Assembly: GCA_037305845.1 (NCBI GenBank) | Contig: CP147778.1 | Location: 2,720,001 to 2,784,000, forward strand | Reading direction: 5' to 3' | Length of the DNA stretch: 64,000 nucleotides | Source: Candidatus Freyarchaeum deiterrae | Lineage (GTDB): Archaea; Asgardarchaeota; Jordiarchaeia; Jordiarchaeales; Jordiarchaeaceae | Part shown: in pieces, positions 1 through 9,544 of the stretch | Numbering within the stretch: the stretch's first letter is position 1 | Layout of the letters: every line of letters starts with the position of its first letter | Notes under the pieces: generated by a model | Seen by the model: the letters and a program-made list of their open reading frames with translations, nothing else | Database searches by the model: none | Told to the model about the DNA's origin: nothing | Translations under genes and position numbers: made by a program

Positions 1-1299
1 GAAAAATTCATGTGGAGCAACAATCCAGACGTACAAATCATAGGAATAAAAATGAAGCAGATGGAACTAAGACTATTAGACCCCAGCTTCGAAACATTCG
101 AAGCCCGACCAGAAACCCTAGGCGCCGGCAAAGGCGCACTCGCACTTTACCTAACACAGTACAAAATTTATGAAGGAAGCGAAGGACCATACATCAAAAA
201 CGTGCCCATTATACAGGGAGGAGCGGAAACAGGAATAGACCCAGTGGCACTAGAAGAAGGAAAAATGCAACTCATGGCCGAAATATTCTACAAAGGAGGA
301 AGCGTAAAAGAACTACAAGAAATGGGATTCACAAAAAGAGACATCACACTAACACTGGACAGATTCGAAACAAACATACTCGAAGGCAAAACCGGAGAAA
401 AAATGACATGGATACAACAATGGGGCATACAACACTGGGCAGACAAACAAAGATTCCTCCTGGACCCATCCACAAAAACACTCGGAGAAATGATGAAAAG
501 TGGACTAATCCTAGACGGAGTCTCAACAGTAATAGGAGCAGCAAAAATGATACCCTTCCTAACAATAGTCGCACCAATCCTAGAAACAATAGGCTACACA
601 GCAGTCGCAGCCCTAGAATCAATGACAACAGCCCCAACACTAAAGTATAATGCGACATCGGGAGAATTCTATGTTGGTCCAGGCGGAGCCGTAAGCAGCT
701 TCCTAGGCAACCCCGACTGGAACCTCCTGGCGGGAATAGCGATGACAGTAGGCGTCATGCTCACAAGCCTGATGCAGTTCGGAGCCGGCCCATTCAAAGA
801 AATCGAGTTCAAAATAGACATGATGAGCGTAAACATAATACTCGCGGGAGCACAGCAGGCAATGATGAGCCTCGGAATGTGCTACGTCCCAGAAAGCACC
901 ATAGCAGACATAATGAAACCAATACTGGGAATCGTAGGAGTAAGACTACACCCATACATAGGCGCAGCATTCGAAATAGCCGGACTCCTATCCATGCTAC
1001 CACAGGTAGACCAGTTCTACCACGAAAGAATATGGCCCATAGCAAAACTCGCACTCGGAGCATCACTAATGGGCACAGAACAAATAATAGTAGGATCAAT
1101 AGCAACCGCAGCAGCAATGACCGCAATAGGAGCCATCGAAAACGCATGGGAAAACCAAGTATTCGGAGACCCCTGGTACCAAGACATACAAATAGACTTC
1201 AAACCCATACTCGCAAACCTACCGTTAGAAACGTGGGGAGTACAGGACTACGTAAACAGCTGGATAACCAAAAACCTGTACGGAATGTGGTACATGTAA
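1..1299 (+). CDS. Hypothetical membrane-associated protein, probably 5'-truncated by the window edge
   Basis: Frame is open from base 1 (GAA AAA TTC ATG), at least 429 aa. The C-terminal half has several hydrophobic Gly/Ala-rich segments. No family recognised. Confidence 0.7.
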   Translation, partial: EKFMWSNNPDVQIIGIKMKQMELRLLDPSFETFEARPETLGAGKGALALYLTQYKIYEGSEGPYIKNVPIIQGGAETGIDPVALEEGKMQLMAEIFYKGGSVKELQEMGFTKRDITLTLDRFETNILEGKTGEKMTWIQQWGIQHWADKQRFLLDPSTKTLGEMMKSGLILDGVSTVIGAAKMIPFLTIVAPILETIGYTAVAALESMTTAPTLKYNATSGEFYVGPGGAVSSFLGNPDWNLLAGIAMTVGVMLTSLMQFGAGPFKEIEFKIDMMSVNIILAGAQQAMMSLGMCYVPESTIADIMKPILGIVGVRLHPYIGAAFEIAGLLSMLPQVDQFYHERIWPIAKLALGASLMGTEQIIVGSIATAAAMTAIGAIENAWENQVFGDPWYQDIQIDFKPILANLPLETWGVQDYVNSWITKNLYGMWYM

Positions 1300-1345
1300 T
1301 TAACAAAACAAAAAATTTTGAGAAGAATATACACTCTAATTGGAG

Positions 1346-2404
1346 TTAGAATCTAACTTTTATTCTTTTTATCAAATTTGGAGGTTTAGCCTTCAGCTCT
1401 TCTTCAGTAATCAGTTCGCTCTGCTTCGGAAGTCTGGGAAGATAAAACCATCTGAAACTAGTAAAGTCCTTATGAGCATCATCCAAACCCCTAGATAACC
1501 CAGCATACCTCTCACAGTTATCACAGTAAACACAAATCACATCCCCCGTTTGAAAATGCCAACCCTCAAAGTCCTCAAGCTCCCACCTCCTCTTAGACAA
1601 CCTGTCCAAATACCCCCATTGAAGACGTTCCCCGCACAGACACAGAAAAAACGGCTTATCGAACTTTCCCACACCATCCACTACCTCCCGCGGCAATTTC
1701 AGCTCCTCAGCCAACACCTCAAACTCATCCAAATCAAAGTCATACTCCCACCGATGGTGCCAACCATGCAAATACTCGTAAGCAGCTTCCTCAACATACT
1801 TATAAAGACTCATCGAAGGCTCGTACCCCGAGGGAGCACCTAGATTATCAGGAGAACCGAAAAACTGATAAACGAGTTCCAAATCATCATTATCCGCTTC
1901 CGGGAAATCCACCGAAGGATTAACAAGGTCAGCTGGAACTATTTTCGAAGCCTCTTCAGAGTCCAACTGTAGAAGCGCCCTACCAGCAACTTCACGAACC
2001 AGTTTCGACTCACTGGAGTCGTTAAAAACCACCTCAAGCGCTGAGAAAGCTTTTCGATCCCCGATTTTGCCGAGAGCGTAGGCGGCGAACTTACGCGTCT
2101 CCGAATGTTCACTCTTCAGAAGCTCCACGAGTGGCTCAACCGATGGCGTACCGACTCCTATAAAGGCGTCAGTCTCGGCTTTCATAAAGTAACGATAGGG
2201 CAAGTCACTTTTCTCTCCATGCTTCTTCATCCACTTTATGAGAGTTGGAATCGCTACTGTATCACCGATAAACCCAAGTACCTGACAGGCAAAAATAAAC
2301 TCACCAAAAGTGACATCCGGATTATCCCTCACCGTTAGTGGATTTTCCAAAAAATCCACAACACGAACTGCAACATCCCTCAAAGTACTATGCTGTTCAT
2401 TCAT
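1346..2404 (-). CDS. HEAT-repeat (PBS lyase-like) protein with C-terminal Cys-containing domain
   Basis: HEAT motifs LGFIGDTVAIPTLI and VEPLVELLKSEHSETRKFAAYALGKIGD; CLCG...CDNC in the C-terminal part. Start moved to ATG 2404 (MNEQHS). Confidence 0.75.
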   Translation of the reverse strand: MNEQHSTLRDVAVRVVDFLENPLTVRDNPDVTFGEFIFACQVLGFIGDTVAIPTLIKWMKKHGEKSDLPYRYFMKAETDAFIGVGTPSVEPLVELLKSEHSETRKFAAYALGKIGDRKAFSALEVVFNDSSESKLVREVAGRALLQLDSEEASKIVPADLVNPSVDFPEADNDDLELVYQFFGSPDNLGAPSGYEPSMSLYKYVEEAAYEYLHGWHHRWEYDFDLDEFEVLAEELKLPREVVDGVGKFDKPFFLCLCGERLQWGYLDRLSKRRWELEDFEGWHFQTGDVICVYCDNCERYAGLSRGLDDAHKDFTSFRWFYLPRLPKQSELITEEELKAKPPNLIKRIKVRF

Positions 2405-2680
2405 CACACATCCCACAAAAAAATATATCCGACACAACAATATAAACACAACGCAAACCATACACTCTCCCAAAAAAAACAAATTAGAAAAAACAGACCC
2501 AAAAAAGAAAACAAGAATAAGAAACCTATATCAACAAGCCCCAACAAATAATATAACAACAAAAAACAACCAAAGAAAAAAAGCAAAAGATAAAAGCCAC
2601 AAAACACAGAATTATAACCATAGAAGAAGACAAAGCAAAGAAGAAGCAAAAGAAGAAAAAGAAACGGAGGAAAGCAACAG

Positions 2681-3214
2681 TTGAAATCCCTAGGATTCGT
2701 ATTCAAAATAGTAGTCGTAGGAGACGGAGCAGTAGGAAAAACCAGCCTCATAAAACAATGGACAGAAGGAACATTCAGACAAGATTATATTGTCACCATT
2801 GGAAGCAATTTTGCTGTTAAGAGTTTGGTTGTTGATGAGAAGCCGATTAAGTTGCAGATTTGGGATTTGGCTGGTCAGCCTCATTTTAAGGATGTTCGTG
2901 TTTTGTTTTATAAGGGTAGTATGGGTGCGATTTACGTTTTTGACGTGAGTCATACGGATAGTTATGATAATGTTTTGAACTGGTATAAGGAGTTGAGCAA
3001 TATTTGTGGGGATATTCCAAGAGTTCTTATCGCGAATAAGGTAGACCTTCTTGATCAGCGTAAGATTACTAATGATAAAGTCTGTGCGCTGTCTGAGAAG
3101 CTGGGTGATGTTTCCTTTTTTGAAACTAGTGCTAAGACTGGGCAGCAGGTTCATGATTCTTTTCAAAAGATTGCTCAGCTGGTCTATGATTGGGCTAAGA
3201 AAAAACAGGGTTGA
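2681..3214 (+). CDS. Rab-like small GTPase
   Basis: G1 GDGAVGKT, switch I YIVTIG, G3 WDLAGQ, G4 NKVD, G5 ETSAK. TTG start after GGAGG. Confidence 0.95.
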   Translation: MKSLGFVFKIVVVGDGAVGKTSLIKQWTEGTFRQDYIVTIGSNFAVKSLVVDEKPIKLQIWDLAGQPHFKDVRVLFYKGSMGAIYVFDVSHTDSYDNVLNWYKELSNICGDIPRVLIANKVDLLDQRKITNDKVCALSEKLGDVSFFETSAKTGQQVHDSFQKIAQLVYDWAKKKQG

Positions 3215-3287
3215 TGGTGTCCTGCTGGAGGACTGGAAAAACGAATTTGGGTTTTTCTCTTTCTTTTAGAAGTCGAACTAATTGGTG

Positions 3288-4034
3288 TTAGTAGAAGATG
3301 ATGCTGCCGTCTGGGTGTGCTTCGTAATAGAGTTTTGTTGTGTCGAGTAAGAGGGGGCTTTTTACTACTTGCATATAGTTCTTTATTTTCTCTCCTTCTT
3401 CTTCTACTTTAAAGTTAATTACAGTGTCCACTAAATGTGTTATTGTGGCTAGAAACTTGGAACTGTGTGCATCCATGTTTACAAAATAGAACGCCATATC
3501 TCCGTACTTTTTGTGTAACCTTATCACGCGCACAAAAAATTTTGTAAGCTCGTCTTCAGGTACTCCGATTGCCAAATCGGTTAGGCTATTAAAATCCCAA
3601 AAAACCCATGTTTCCTCGGGTACTGATTCTCTAGCCATCCTCATAATCGAGTATAATTTATCTGTGTTGAACGGTTCATCCAAAGTATGAACTAAATCCT
3701 TAAACAAGTGGTTTTCGTCTTCAAACACGTTAGAATAACCGTTAATAATCTTCCACCTGTTTAGACTAGAACTAGCTGAAAGGTTATTAACTTCCCCTTC
3801 TTTAGATTGTAACCTCATCGCAAAATCGATGTACTCCTCCGCTGGTATATCATAGTCAATTATGATCGCAAAGAATTTTTTGTCTTTGATATCTATTAGA
3901 TTCCAGTTGTGGAACTCAATGAATCTGGTAGCAGCCTGGAGGGAGAGAAGAATCACCGAATTATCTAAAAAACCACCCCCCAACCGGTCGTTCAATTTTG
4001 GTAAAAATGTTTTAATCATTAAAGGTTTATCCAT
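3288..4034 (-). CDS. KaiC/RAD55-like RecA-fold protein, Walker A degenerate
   Basis: KTFLPKLNDRLGGGF..NSVILL start and HLVDTVINF...MQVVK end are typical of KaiC domains; no GKT. Confidence 0.8.
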   Translation of the reverse strand: MDKPLMIKTFLPKLNDRLGGGFLDNSVILLSLQAATRFIEFHNWNLIDIKDKKFFAIIIDYDIPAEEYIDFAMRLQSKEGEVNNLSASSSLNRWKIINGYSNVFEDENHLFKDLVHTLDEPFNTDKLYSIMRMARESVPEETWVFWDFNSLTDLAIGVPEDELTKFFVRVIRLHKKYGDMAFYFVNMDAHSSKFLATITHLVDTVINFKVEEEGEKIKNYMQVVKSPLLLDTTKLYYEAHPDGSIIFY

Positions 4035-4309
4035 AGAATCTTCCCCTCTAGTCGAAGTTCAAATCATACTCTGCCAGTGTCTAATCTATAAATGTTCTAG
4101 TTTCAATCTAGATTCAACCTCAACCTCTTTGTGACTTCTTATAAATAACTCTTAATAGACTAATATTTTTTTCCTGGCTTTTAGATAACGTAAAACTGTT
4201 AAATGATGAGTGGCAGGTTATAAACAAAAAGGTTCTAAAAATAACATTTCTAGTTTCTTTTTTCACAAAATTATTTTAAGAACTGTATCGTGGAAATATT
4301 TCGATTTAT

Positions 4310-5152
4310 CTAGTAATAAATGAAATTACCGTTAGAGTCTATATCATAGTAAAGTCTTTTGGTGTTAATTAAGAAAGGCCCTTTAATGACCTGTATATAA
4401 TTTTTTAATTTTTCTCCGGTATCCTCTCTCTTAAAGTTGATTATGACATCTGTCATATGGGATATCATGGCTTGAAACTTGGTGGAGTGTGCATCCATAT
4501 TTAAAGGATAGAAAGCCAAGTCGCCGTACTGTTTATGTAAGCGTGAAACGCGTCTAAAAAATCTCGTAATGTAGGGTTCGGATACACCGATAGACAAATC
4601 AGTTAGGCTGAAAAACAGCCAAACAACCCACGCATTCTCGGGCAAACTCTCTCTAACCGTCTTCATAATCGAAAATAATTTATCATTATCAAAGGGGTCA
4701 TCTAAAGTATACATTTTATCATTATACAAGTATTTTTCATTTCCAACCTCACTAGAAAAACAGTTAATAATCCTCATTCTGTCAAGACTAAGAACTCTAT
4801 CATTCTTAACTTTCTCTCCTTTTAATTCAAAAACTCCCATTTTGTAAAAAAGATCCTCTACATGTCTACCATAATCCACTAGGATCAAATAGAATTCTCT
4901 ACCGATCTCAGCTGGCAATATACAGTTTAAGAGTTCAGCGTATCTGTAACTGGCTTGATGGGCAATTAGAACCATCGAATTGCTTAAAAAGCCGCCTCCC
5001 AAACTTCCATCTAGCTTTGGTGTACCTGTGCTAACAATATCATGTCTACCCTCAAATTCTCCTCTTAAACGTGGAGTAGAAGATTTGTTTTTGTAACGAT
5101 TTGATTCCGGCTTTCGCTTATCTTCTTCTTCTTCTTCTTCGATAATGGCCAT
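4310..5152 (-). CDS. KaiC/RAD55-like RecA-fold protein, Walker A degenerate, acidic N-terminal extension
   Basis: STGTPKLDGSLGGGF..NSMVLI; clear paralog of 3288-4034. Start placed at ATG 5152 after an AGGGAGG SD. Confidence 0.8.
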   Translation of the reverse strand: MAIIEEEEEEDKRKPESNRYKNKSSTPRLRGEFEGRHDIVSTGTPKLDGSLGGGFLSNSMVLIAHQASYRYAELLNCILPAEIGREFYLILVDYGRHVEDLFYKMGVFELKGEKVKNDRVLSLDRMRIINCFSSEVGNEKYLYNDKMYTLDDPFDNDKLFSIMKTVRESLPENAWVVWLFFSLTDLSIGVSEPYITRFFRRVSRLHKQYGDLAFYPLNMDAHSTKFQAMISHMTDVIINFKREDTGEKLKNYIQVIKGPFLINTKRLYYDIDSNGNFIYY

Positions 5153-5494
5153 CCAGCCTCCCCTATTTTCTCTAAACTTGCTTGTTTTATTTTTCACGTT
5201 TTAAGCTAATATACTTTTTGATTTTTGGCGGTGCTGTAAATTGTACGCAGTTGATTTAGGAAGTAGTTTCTGAAACACATTATCTTCTTTTCAATTTTAA
5301 AATTTACGGATATAATAACAGACTTATTAGAATATTTATCATGACAGGGCCTTTCTACTTATGATTCTGAACCTTGAGGGCGGGTATTGCTTGTTCGAAA
5401 GTAGTTTACAAAGTTTTAGAATTTAGTCACTGAAAGTTTTCTAAAAATAGACTTTAGATATAACGCGTTTAATATTTTGTAAAGATTTATTCTT

Positions 5495-5511
5495 CTTACC
5501 TTTTTGGTAAG
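5495..5511. promoter_or_regulatory. Palindromic candidate operator CTTACC-TTTTT-GGTAAG upstream of the wHTH regulator
   Basis: Perfect 6-bp inverted repeat; the same 17-mer with shared flanks recurs at 6912-6928. TATA-like TTTAAATA at about 5533. Confidence 0.65.
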
Positions 5512-5572
5512 TAACTTTATGATAAATAAACTTTTAAATATGGCAACTCCATATTTAGAGTGGGGTTGCCTT

Positions 5573-5971
5573 ATGCGCCCAAGAATCAGAAAAATGAGAA
5601 TCATAACAAAAAGCGGAAGAATCATACTAGAAGAGGATTTAAGTTCCAAAACCGAAGACACCCACGATATTGACACGATTATAGATCTGTTAAGGCTAGT
5701 CTCGAACGAGTCTCGTTACAAGATAATTCGTATAATAGCTGAAAAGCAAGCCATTAGCTTTACCGAGCTACACCAATTAGCTGGCTACAGCCAAAAAACC
5801 ATAGCCCAAGCACTAGATGACCTGCTCCGCATAAAAGCAATATCCAAAGAATACGAGGGATACATGCTCTCTATAATCGGTAAACTACTGCTAAGCAAAC
5901 TCATGGAAATAGCGAGTATAATCAATAAAGTCAAAGAATTACAAGACCTTGAATTAGATTTTGACCTTTAA
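5573..5971 (+). CDS. ArsR-like winged-helix transcriptional regulator
   Basis: LVSNESRYKIIRII...ISFTELHQLAGYSQKTIAQALDDL...YMLSIIGK wHTH pattern. Confidence 0.85.
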   Translation: MRPRIRKMRIITKSGRIILEEDLSSKTEDTHDIDTIIDLLRLVSNESRYKIIRIIAEKQAISFTELHQLAGYSQKTIAQALDDLLRIKAISKEYEGYMLSIIGKLLLSKLMEIASIINKVKELQDLELDFDL

Positions 5972-6074
5972 AAAGCTTCAAAAAAAGGATTTAATTTGCC
6001 TTTTTGAGATGCGTCCCCTACCAGATGATGTTCTCAAGAACAGTATTCTTTCTAGTGGCTTCCCATGAACTATT

Positions 6075-6806
6075 TTAATAAAAAATAACTTTCCCAGGTC
6101 CCTTGGATTCATAGTAAAGTTTCTTAGTATCAATAGGGAAAACCCCTTTAACCACCTGCATATAACTCTTCAATCTGTCCTCTTTTTCCTCTACCCGTAA
6201 GTCGATTGCGACATCTACCATCTGAGTTATTATAGCAGGAAAATTTTTGCCATGAGCCCCTATATTCAAAAGATAGAAGGCTAGATCATTGTAACTCTTG
6301 TGAAGACTAAACACTCTTCTAAAAAACTTCGCCAATGCCTCCTCGGAAACAACAACACTCATATCACTTAAAGTATTAAAAACCCAAATACCCCACTTAT
6401 TTTTACCAAGCCCTTCCCTAACTCGCCTCATAGTTGAGTACAGTTTGTCTGTTTCAAAGGGATAAGAAATCTGATGAACACTACCTCCATCAAACTTTTT
6501 AGTTGTTTCGCCTTCTTGTGTAAAGCAATCAATTACGCTGAAAAACTCTCCCTCAGTAACTTTATTTTCCTCATCAAATGCTGCTTTAACATTTGAATGG
6601 TTAAGGATCACTCTAGCAGGAGATATGAAGTTCACTATTATAACATGAGCGTTCTCCATCTGCTTAATAAGGGTCGATTCGGCAAAATCGAGAAATGTTG
6701 TGCCCGTTTGATGGGAAATCAGAACTACTGCGTTGGATGGTATTCCCCCGCCCAAACGTTTATCTAATTCCGGTATTCCGGTCTTAATAGTTTTAACTCC
6801 TTGCAT
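6075..6806 (-). CDS. KaiC/RAD55-like RecA-fold protein, Walker A degenerate
   Basis: IKTGIPELDKRLGGGIPSNAVVLI; SHQTGTTF in place of GxxGxGKT; paralog of the two upstream genes. Confidence 0.8.
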   Translation of the reverse strand: MQGVKTIKTGIPELDKRLGGGIPSNAVVLISHQTGTTFLDFAESTLIKQMENAHVIIVNFISPARVILNHSNVKAAFDEENKVTEGEFFSVIDCFTQEGETTKKFDGGSVHQISYPFETDKLYSTMRRVREGLGKNKWGIWVFNTLSDMSVVVSEEALAKFFRRVFSLHKSYNDLAFYLLNIGAHGKNFPAIITQMVDVAIDLRVEEKEDRLKSYMQVVKGVFPIDTKKLYYESKGPGKVIFY

Positions 6807-6911
6807 TAATTGTCACTTCTGTTGGGGACTTTTACTGTCCGCTCATTTAATCTTCTCGATGTCAATAAGGATATATCTATTTTTACCAATTATTTTTTAC
6901 TACTACTTCTT

Positions 6912-6956
6912 CTTACCTTTTTGGTAAGCAACTTCCCCATACGGTAAGTTTATATA
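6912..6956. promoter_or_regulatory. Tandem candidate operators (CTTACC-N5-GGTAAG at 6912-6928; CTTCCC-N5-GGTAAG at 6932-6948) abutting the TATA box TTTATATA of hsp20
   Basis: Read directly from sequence; the first copy is identical to 5495-5511. Confidence 0.65.
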
Positions 6957-7026
6957 CCTCTAATTCAATCGAATATATTGACACACAAACTATTCAAGAT
7001 TAAAAGATTTGAAAAGGTGGAAGAAA

Positions 7027-7587
7027 ATGGAACCGAGAAGAAAAAGTTTTTGGGACCTATTCGGGTTCAACGAAATTTTTGGATTTGACGAAATGTTCCA
7101 GAAAATGCAAGAATACATTCAGAAAGCAGCGGAAACCGGAGAACTCGACGAGAAATCCTTCACCATCCCATTCGAAGGCCCAGACTACAAAGGCATCATA
7201 AGATACGAATACTCTAACATACCTCTAAACGAACAAGACATCGAATTAAGATCACCACTTCCCGAAGAACCGGAACCGGAACCAGTACCTCGAAAACCCA
7301 AGAGAATCAGGCCAGAAAAACCACTAGGAGTCCCCGTTCAGAACACAATAGAAGACCCACTGGTGGACGTAATAGAAAACCCCGACGAGTTAGTGGTCAT
7401 AGCAGAAGTTCCGGCGGCCAGTAGAGACGATATCAAACTCAACCTCACCGAGAGAAATCTGGAGATAAGAGTTGATTCACCAGCCATGTTCTACAAAGTG
7501 GTTCAACTACCCTGCGAAGTGGACTGCGACAGCGCTAAAGCCGACTTTAGAAACAGAATACTCGAAATAAAAATAAAGAAAAAATAA
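7027..7587 (+). CDS. hsp20: Archaeal small heat shock protein Hsp20
   Basis: Alpha-crystallin domain: DPLVDVIE..DELVVIAEVP...FYKVVQLPCEVD...AKADFRNRILEIKIKK. Confidence 0.92.
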   Translation: MEPRRKSFWDLFGFNEIFGFDEMFQKMQEYIQKAAETGELDEKSFTIPFEGPDYKGIIRYEYSNIPLNEQDIELRSPLPEEPEPEPVPRKPKRIRPEKPLGVPVQNTIEDPLVDVIENPDELVVIAEVPAASRDDIKLNLTERNLEIRVDSPAMFYKVVQLPCEVDCDSAKADFRNRILEIKIKKK

Positions 7588-7648
7588 AACCCAGCACCCT
7601 TTACTCAATAAGAGTTTATTCGGGATAAAGGAGGGCGTAAACAAATAT

Positions 7649-8383
7649 ATGTCCGAATCAAGCACGGCGGTTCCAATAAAATTTGAGAAGAATAAACCCA
7701 ACTATTTAAAATATGTTGAATTTATTGGATCCGCTCATTTTAGCAAAACGAGCATTATGGAAGTCATGGAGAGAGTGCAGGAACTAAGACCAGACGCCGT
7801 AGCACTAGAGCTATGTCCTCCCCGCTACTACCACTTGCAGCGAGTATGCTTGAATTGCCCGAGAAGAGGAAATTGCGACCGCAAATGTGAGTTCATCATC
7901 TCAACAGATTACCTCGCCAATAAGGATACGGACATCTGGCTCATAGATATGGAAGAACCAGAAATCCAAACCCGAATAAGACGCACCGCCACAAATAGAG
8001 AGGTTAGAGAATGGCTCAGAGCCTCCAGATACGTAGCATCTAAAGAGAAAGAGGGATTACAACTCTGGGAGGCCGGTCGCAAAGAAGAAGCCATGCATGT
8101 TTTCGACACCAATACCGAAATAATGAGAAGAACCTTCCCAAGCCTCTGGAAAGTTCTCATTGAACAGAGAAACGCGTTAATGGCCGCAAGACTCTACTAC
8201 ATTATAAAGAGCTATCTAGACAAAGGACTGAAGGATTTCAAAATTCTCGCGGTAACCGGAGCCGCGCACGTTCCGGGTTTGGAAGAACTGCTTCGCAACC
8301 CCGAATTGGCCTTTGAAACTATGAAAAAATACGGAATAAAACCCACACCTCCCTTCCGAATTAGAAGAATAAGAATAGACTAA
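7649..8383 (+). CDS. TraB/GumN family protein
   Basis: GSAHFS, PDAVALELC, RNALMA and GAAHVPG motifs; contains a CxxC-x5-C-x3-C insertion. Confidence 0.8.
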   Translation: MSESSTAVPIKFEKNKPNYLKYVEFIGSAHFSKTSIMEVMERVQELRPDAVALELCPPRYYHLQRVCLNCPRRGNCDRKCEFIISTDYLANKDTDIWLIDMEEPEIQTRIRRTATNREVREWLRASRYVASKEKEGLQLWEAGRKEEAMHVFDTNTEIMRRTFPSLWKVLIEQRNALMAARLYYIIKSYLDKGLKDFKILAVTGAAHVPGLEELLRNPELAFETMKKYGIKPTPPFRIRRIRID

Positions 8384-8599
8384 TACCACAGTATTATTCC
8401 CAACACTTACTTTCTATCATTTTGCAGTCACTCTTCTTCCCTTTATCCTATTTTTGGAAAACATCTTTTGTTTCAATATTTTTGGTAGATGACTTTTTTT
8501 AGAGATAAGATGCATTTTCTATTTTTTTCTGTTATTTATTAACACAAAACTTTTATTATGAACACACCCCTTAGGTTACCACGATAGGAGAAGAGGCCG

Positions 8600-9145
8600 A
8601 TGAGTTCTTGGTTTAACTGGGGACCGGTATCGTACACCTATATAACACTGGAACTAGAAATGAACAGGATTCCCGAAATCAATGTACCAGACGATGTCAA
8701 AGTTAGAAAATATAATCCCGAAAATGATGCCGGGCTTCTAGCAACTCTACACAACGAAATCATGAAAGAATTCCGAGACTTCGCAATCTTAACCGAAGAC
8801 TTCTTGAAAAAGGTATCAACAAACTGTTCATTCATAGCAGAAATCAATGAAGCCCCGGTAGGAATGGGACTGTGCACTGTAGCAGACACCAAAAAAGGGC
8901 GACTCGGATACATCGCAGAATTCTGTGTAATAAAAAATTACCGAAAGAAAAGGGTGGGCTCAGCTCTCCTGAAAAACATATTCGCCTGCTTCAATGCAAA
9001 CAACGTGGAAAAAATCACCTGCGAGGTCTTAGACGAAAACAATCTAACCCTACTCCTTTTGAGAGATAAACTCGGATTCAAAGAGGTAGAAAGAACAACC
9101 ATGATCTCCTCCGGAGCCCCCCCCGACCTATACGGTCAAGGATAA
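8600..9145 (+). CDS. GNAT family N-acetyltransferase
   Basis: Motif A FCVIKNYRKKRVGSALL; C-terminal KLGFKE. Confidence 0.85.
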   Translation: MSSWFNWGPVSYTYITLELEMNRIPEINVPDDVKVRKYNPENDAGLLATLHNEIMKEFRDFAILTEDFLKKVSTNCSFIAEINEAPVGMGLCTVADTKKGRLGYIAEFCVIKNYRKKRVGSALLKNIFACFNANNVEKITCEVLDENNLTLLLLRDKLGFKEVERTTMISSGAPPDLYGQG

Positions 9146-9544
9146 GGAAGATGCCATTCCAAGCATTTTATCAGGGGAAAGTCAGCAGGAAGGAACAGGT
9201 GAAGATACTAAAAAGGAACAACTCTACTACTACTAACATTACTGAAAAACTTCAAGAAAAATAGAATAAAAGAATTCCCGATGAAATATATGGAAACAAA
9301 ACTCTCGCAAGAAACCTCTATACTGCAAAAAAATCTCAAATCTAAGCCTTTTTTTAAGAAAATTACCAAAAAATTCAACATTTTTTTGAGTATTTAACAA
9401 ATTTGGAAACTTTTTTGCAATAATTTTTATATATTAGAAAGAAAAATAAGAATGCAGTGTACCCCTCTTATAAAATTTGATGTATAATTTGTTTATTTAA
9501 ATTGCGGGTGCGTAGCATCTTTGGAAGAGAAGGAGAATAAATAA

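Noticed and set aside
2310-2751. ORFs 2310-2684 (+) and 2404-2751 (-)
   Set aside because: Low-complexity products of the A-rich spacer (K/N/T or F/L/C rich); no protein signal.
3288-6806. Circadian clock (kaiABC) interpretation
   Set aside because: Single-domain proteins with no Walker A and no kaiA/kaiB in the window.
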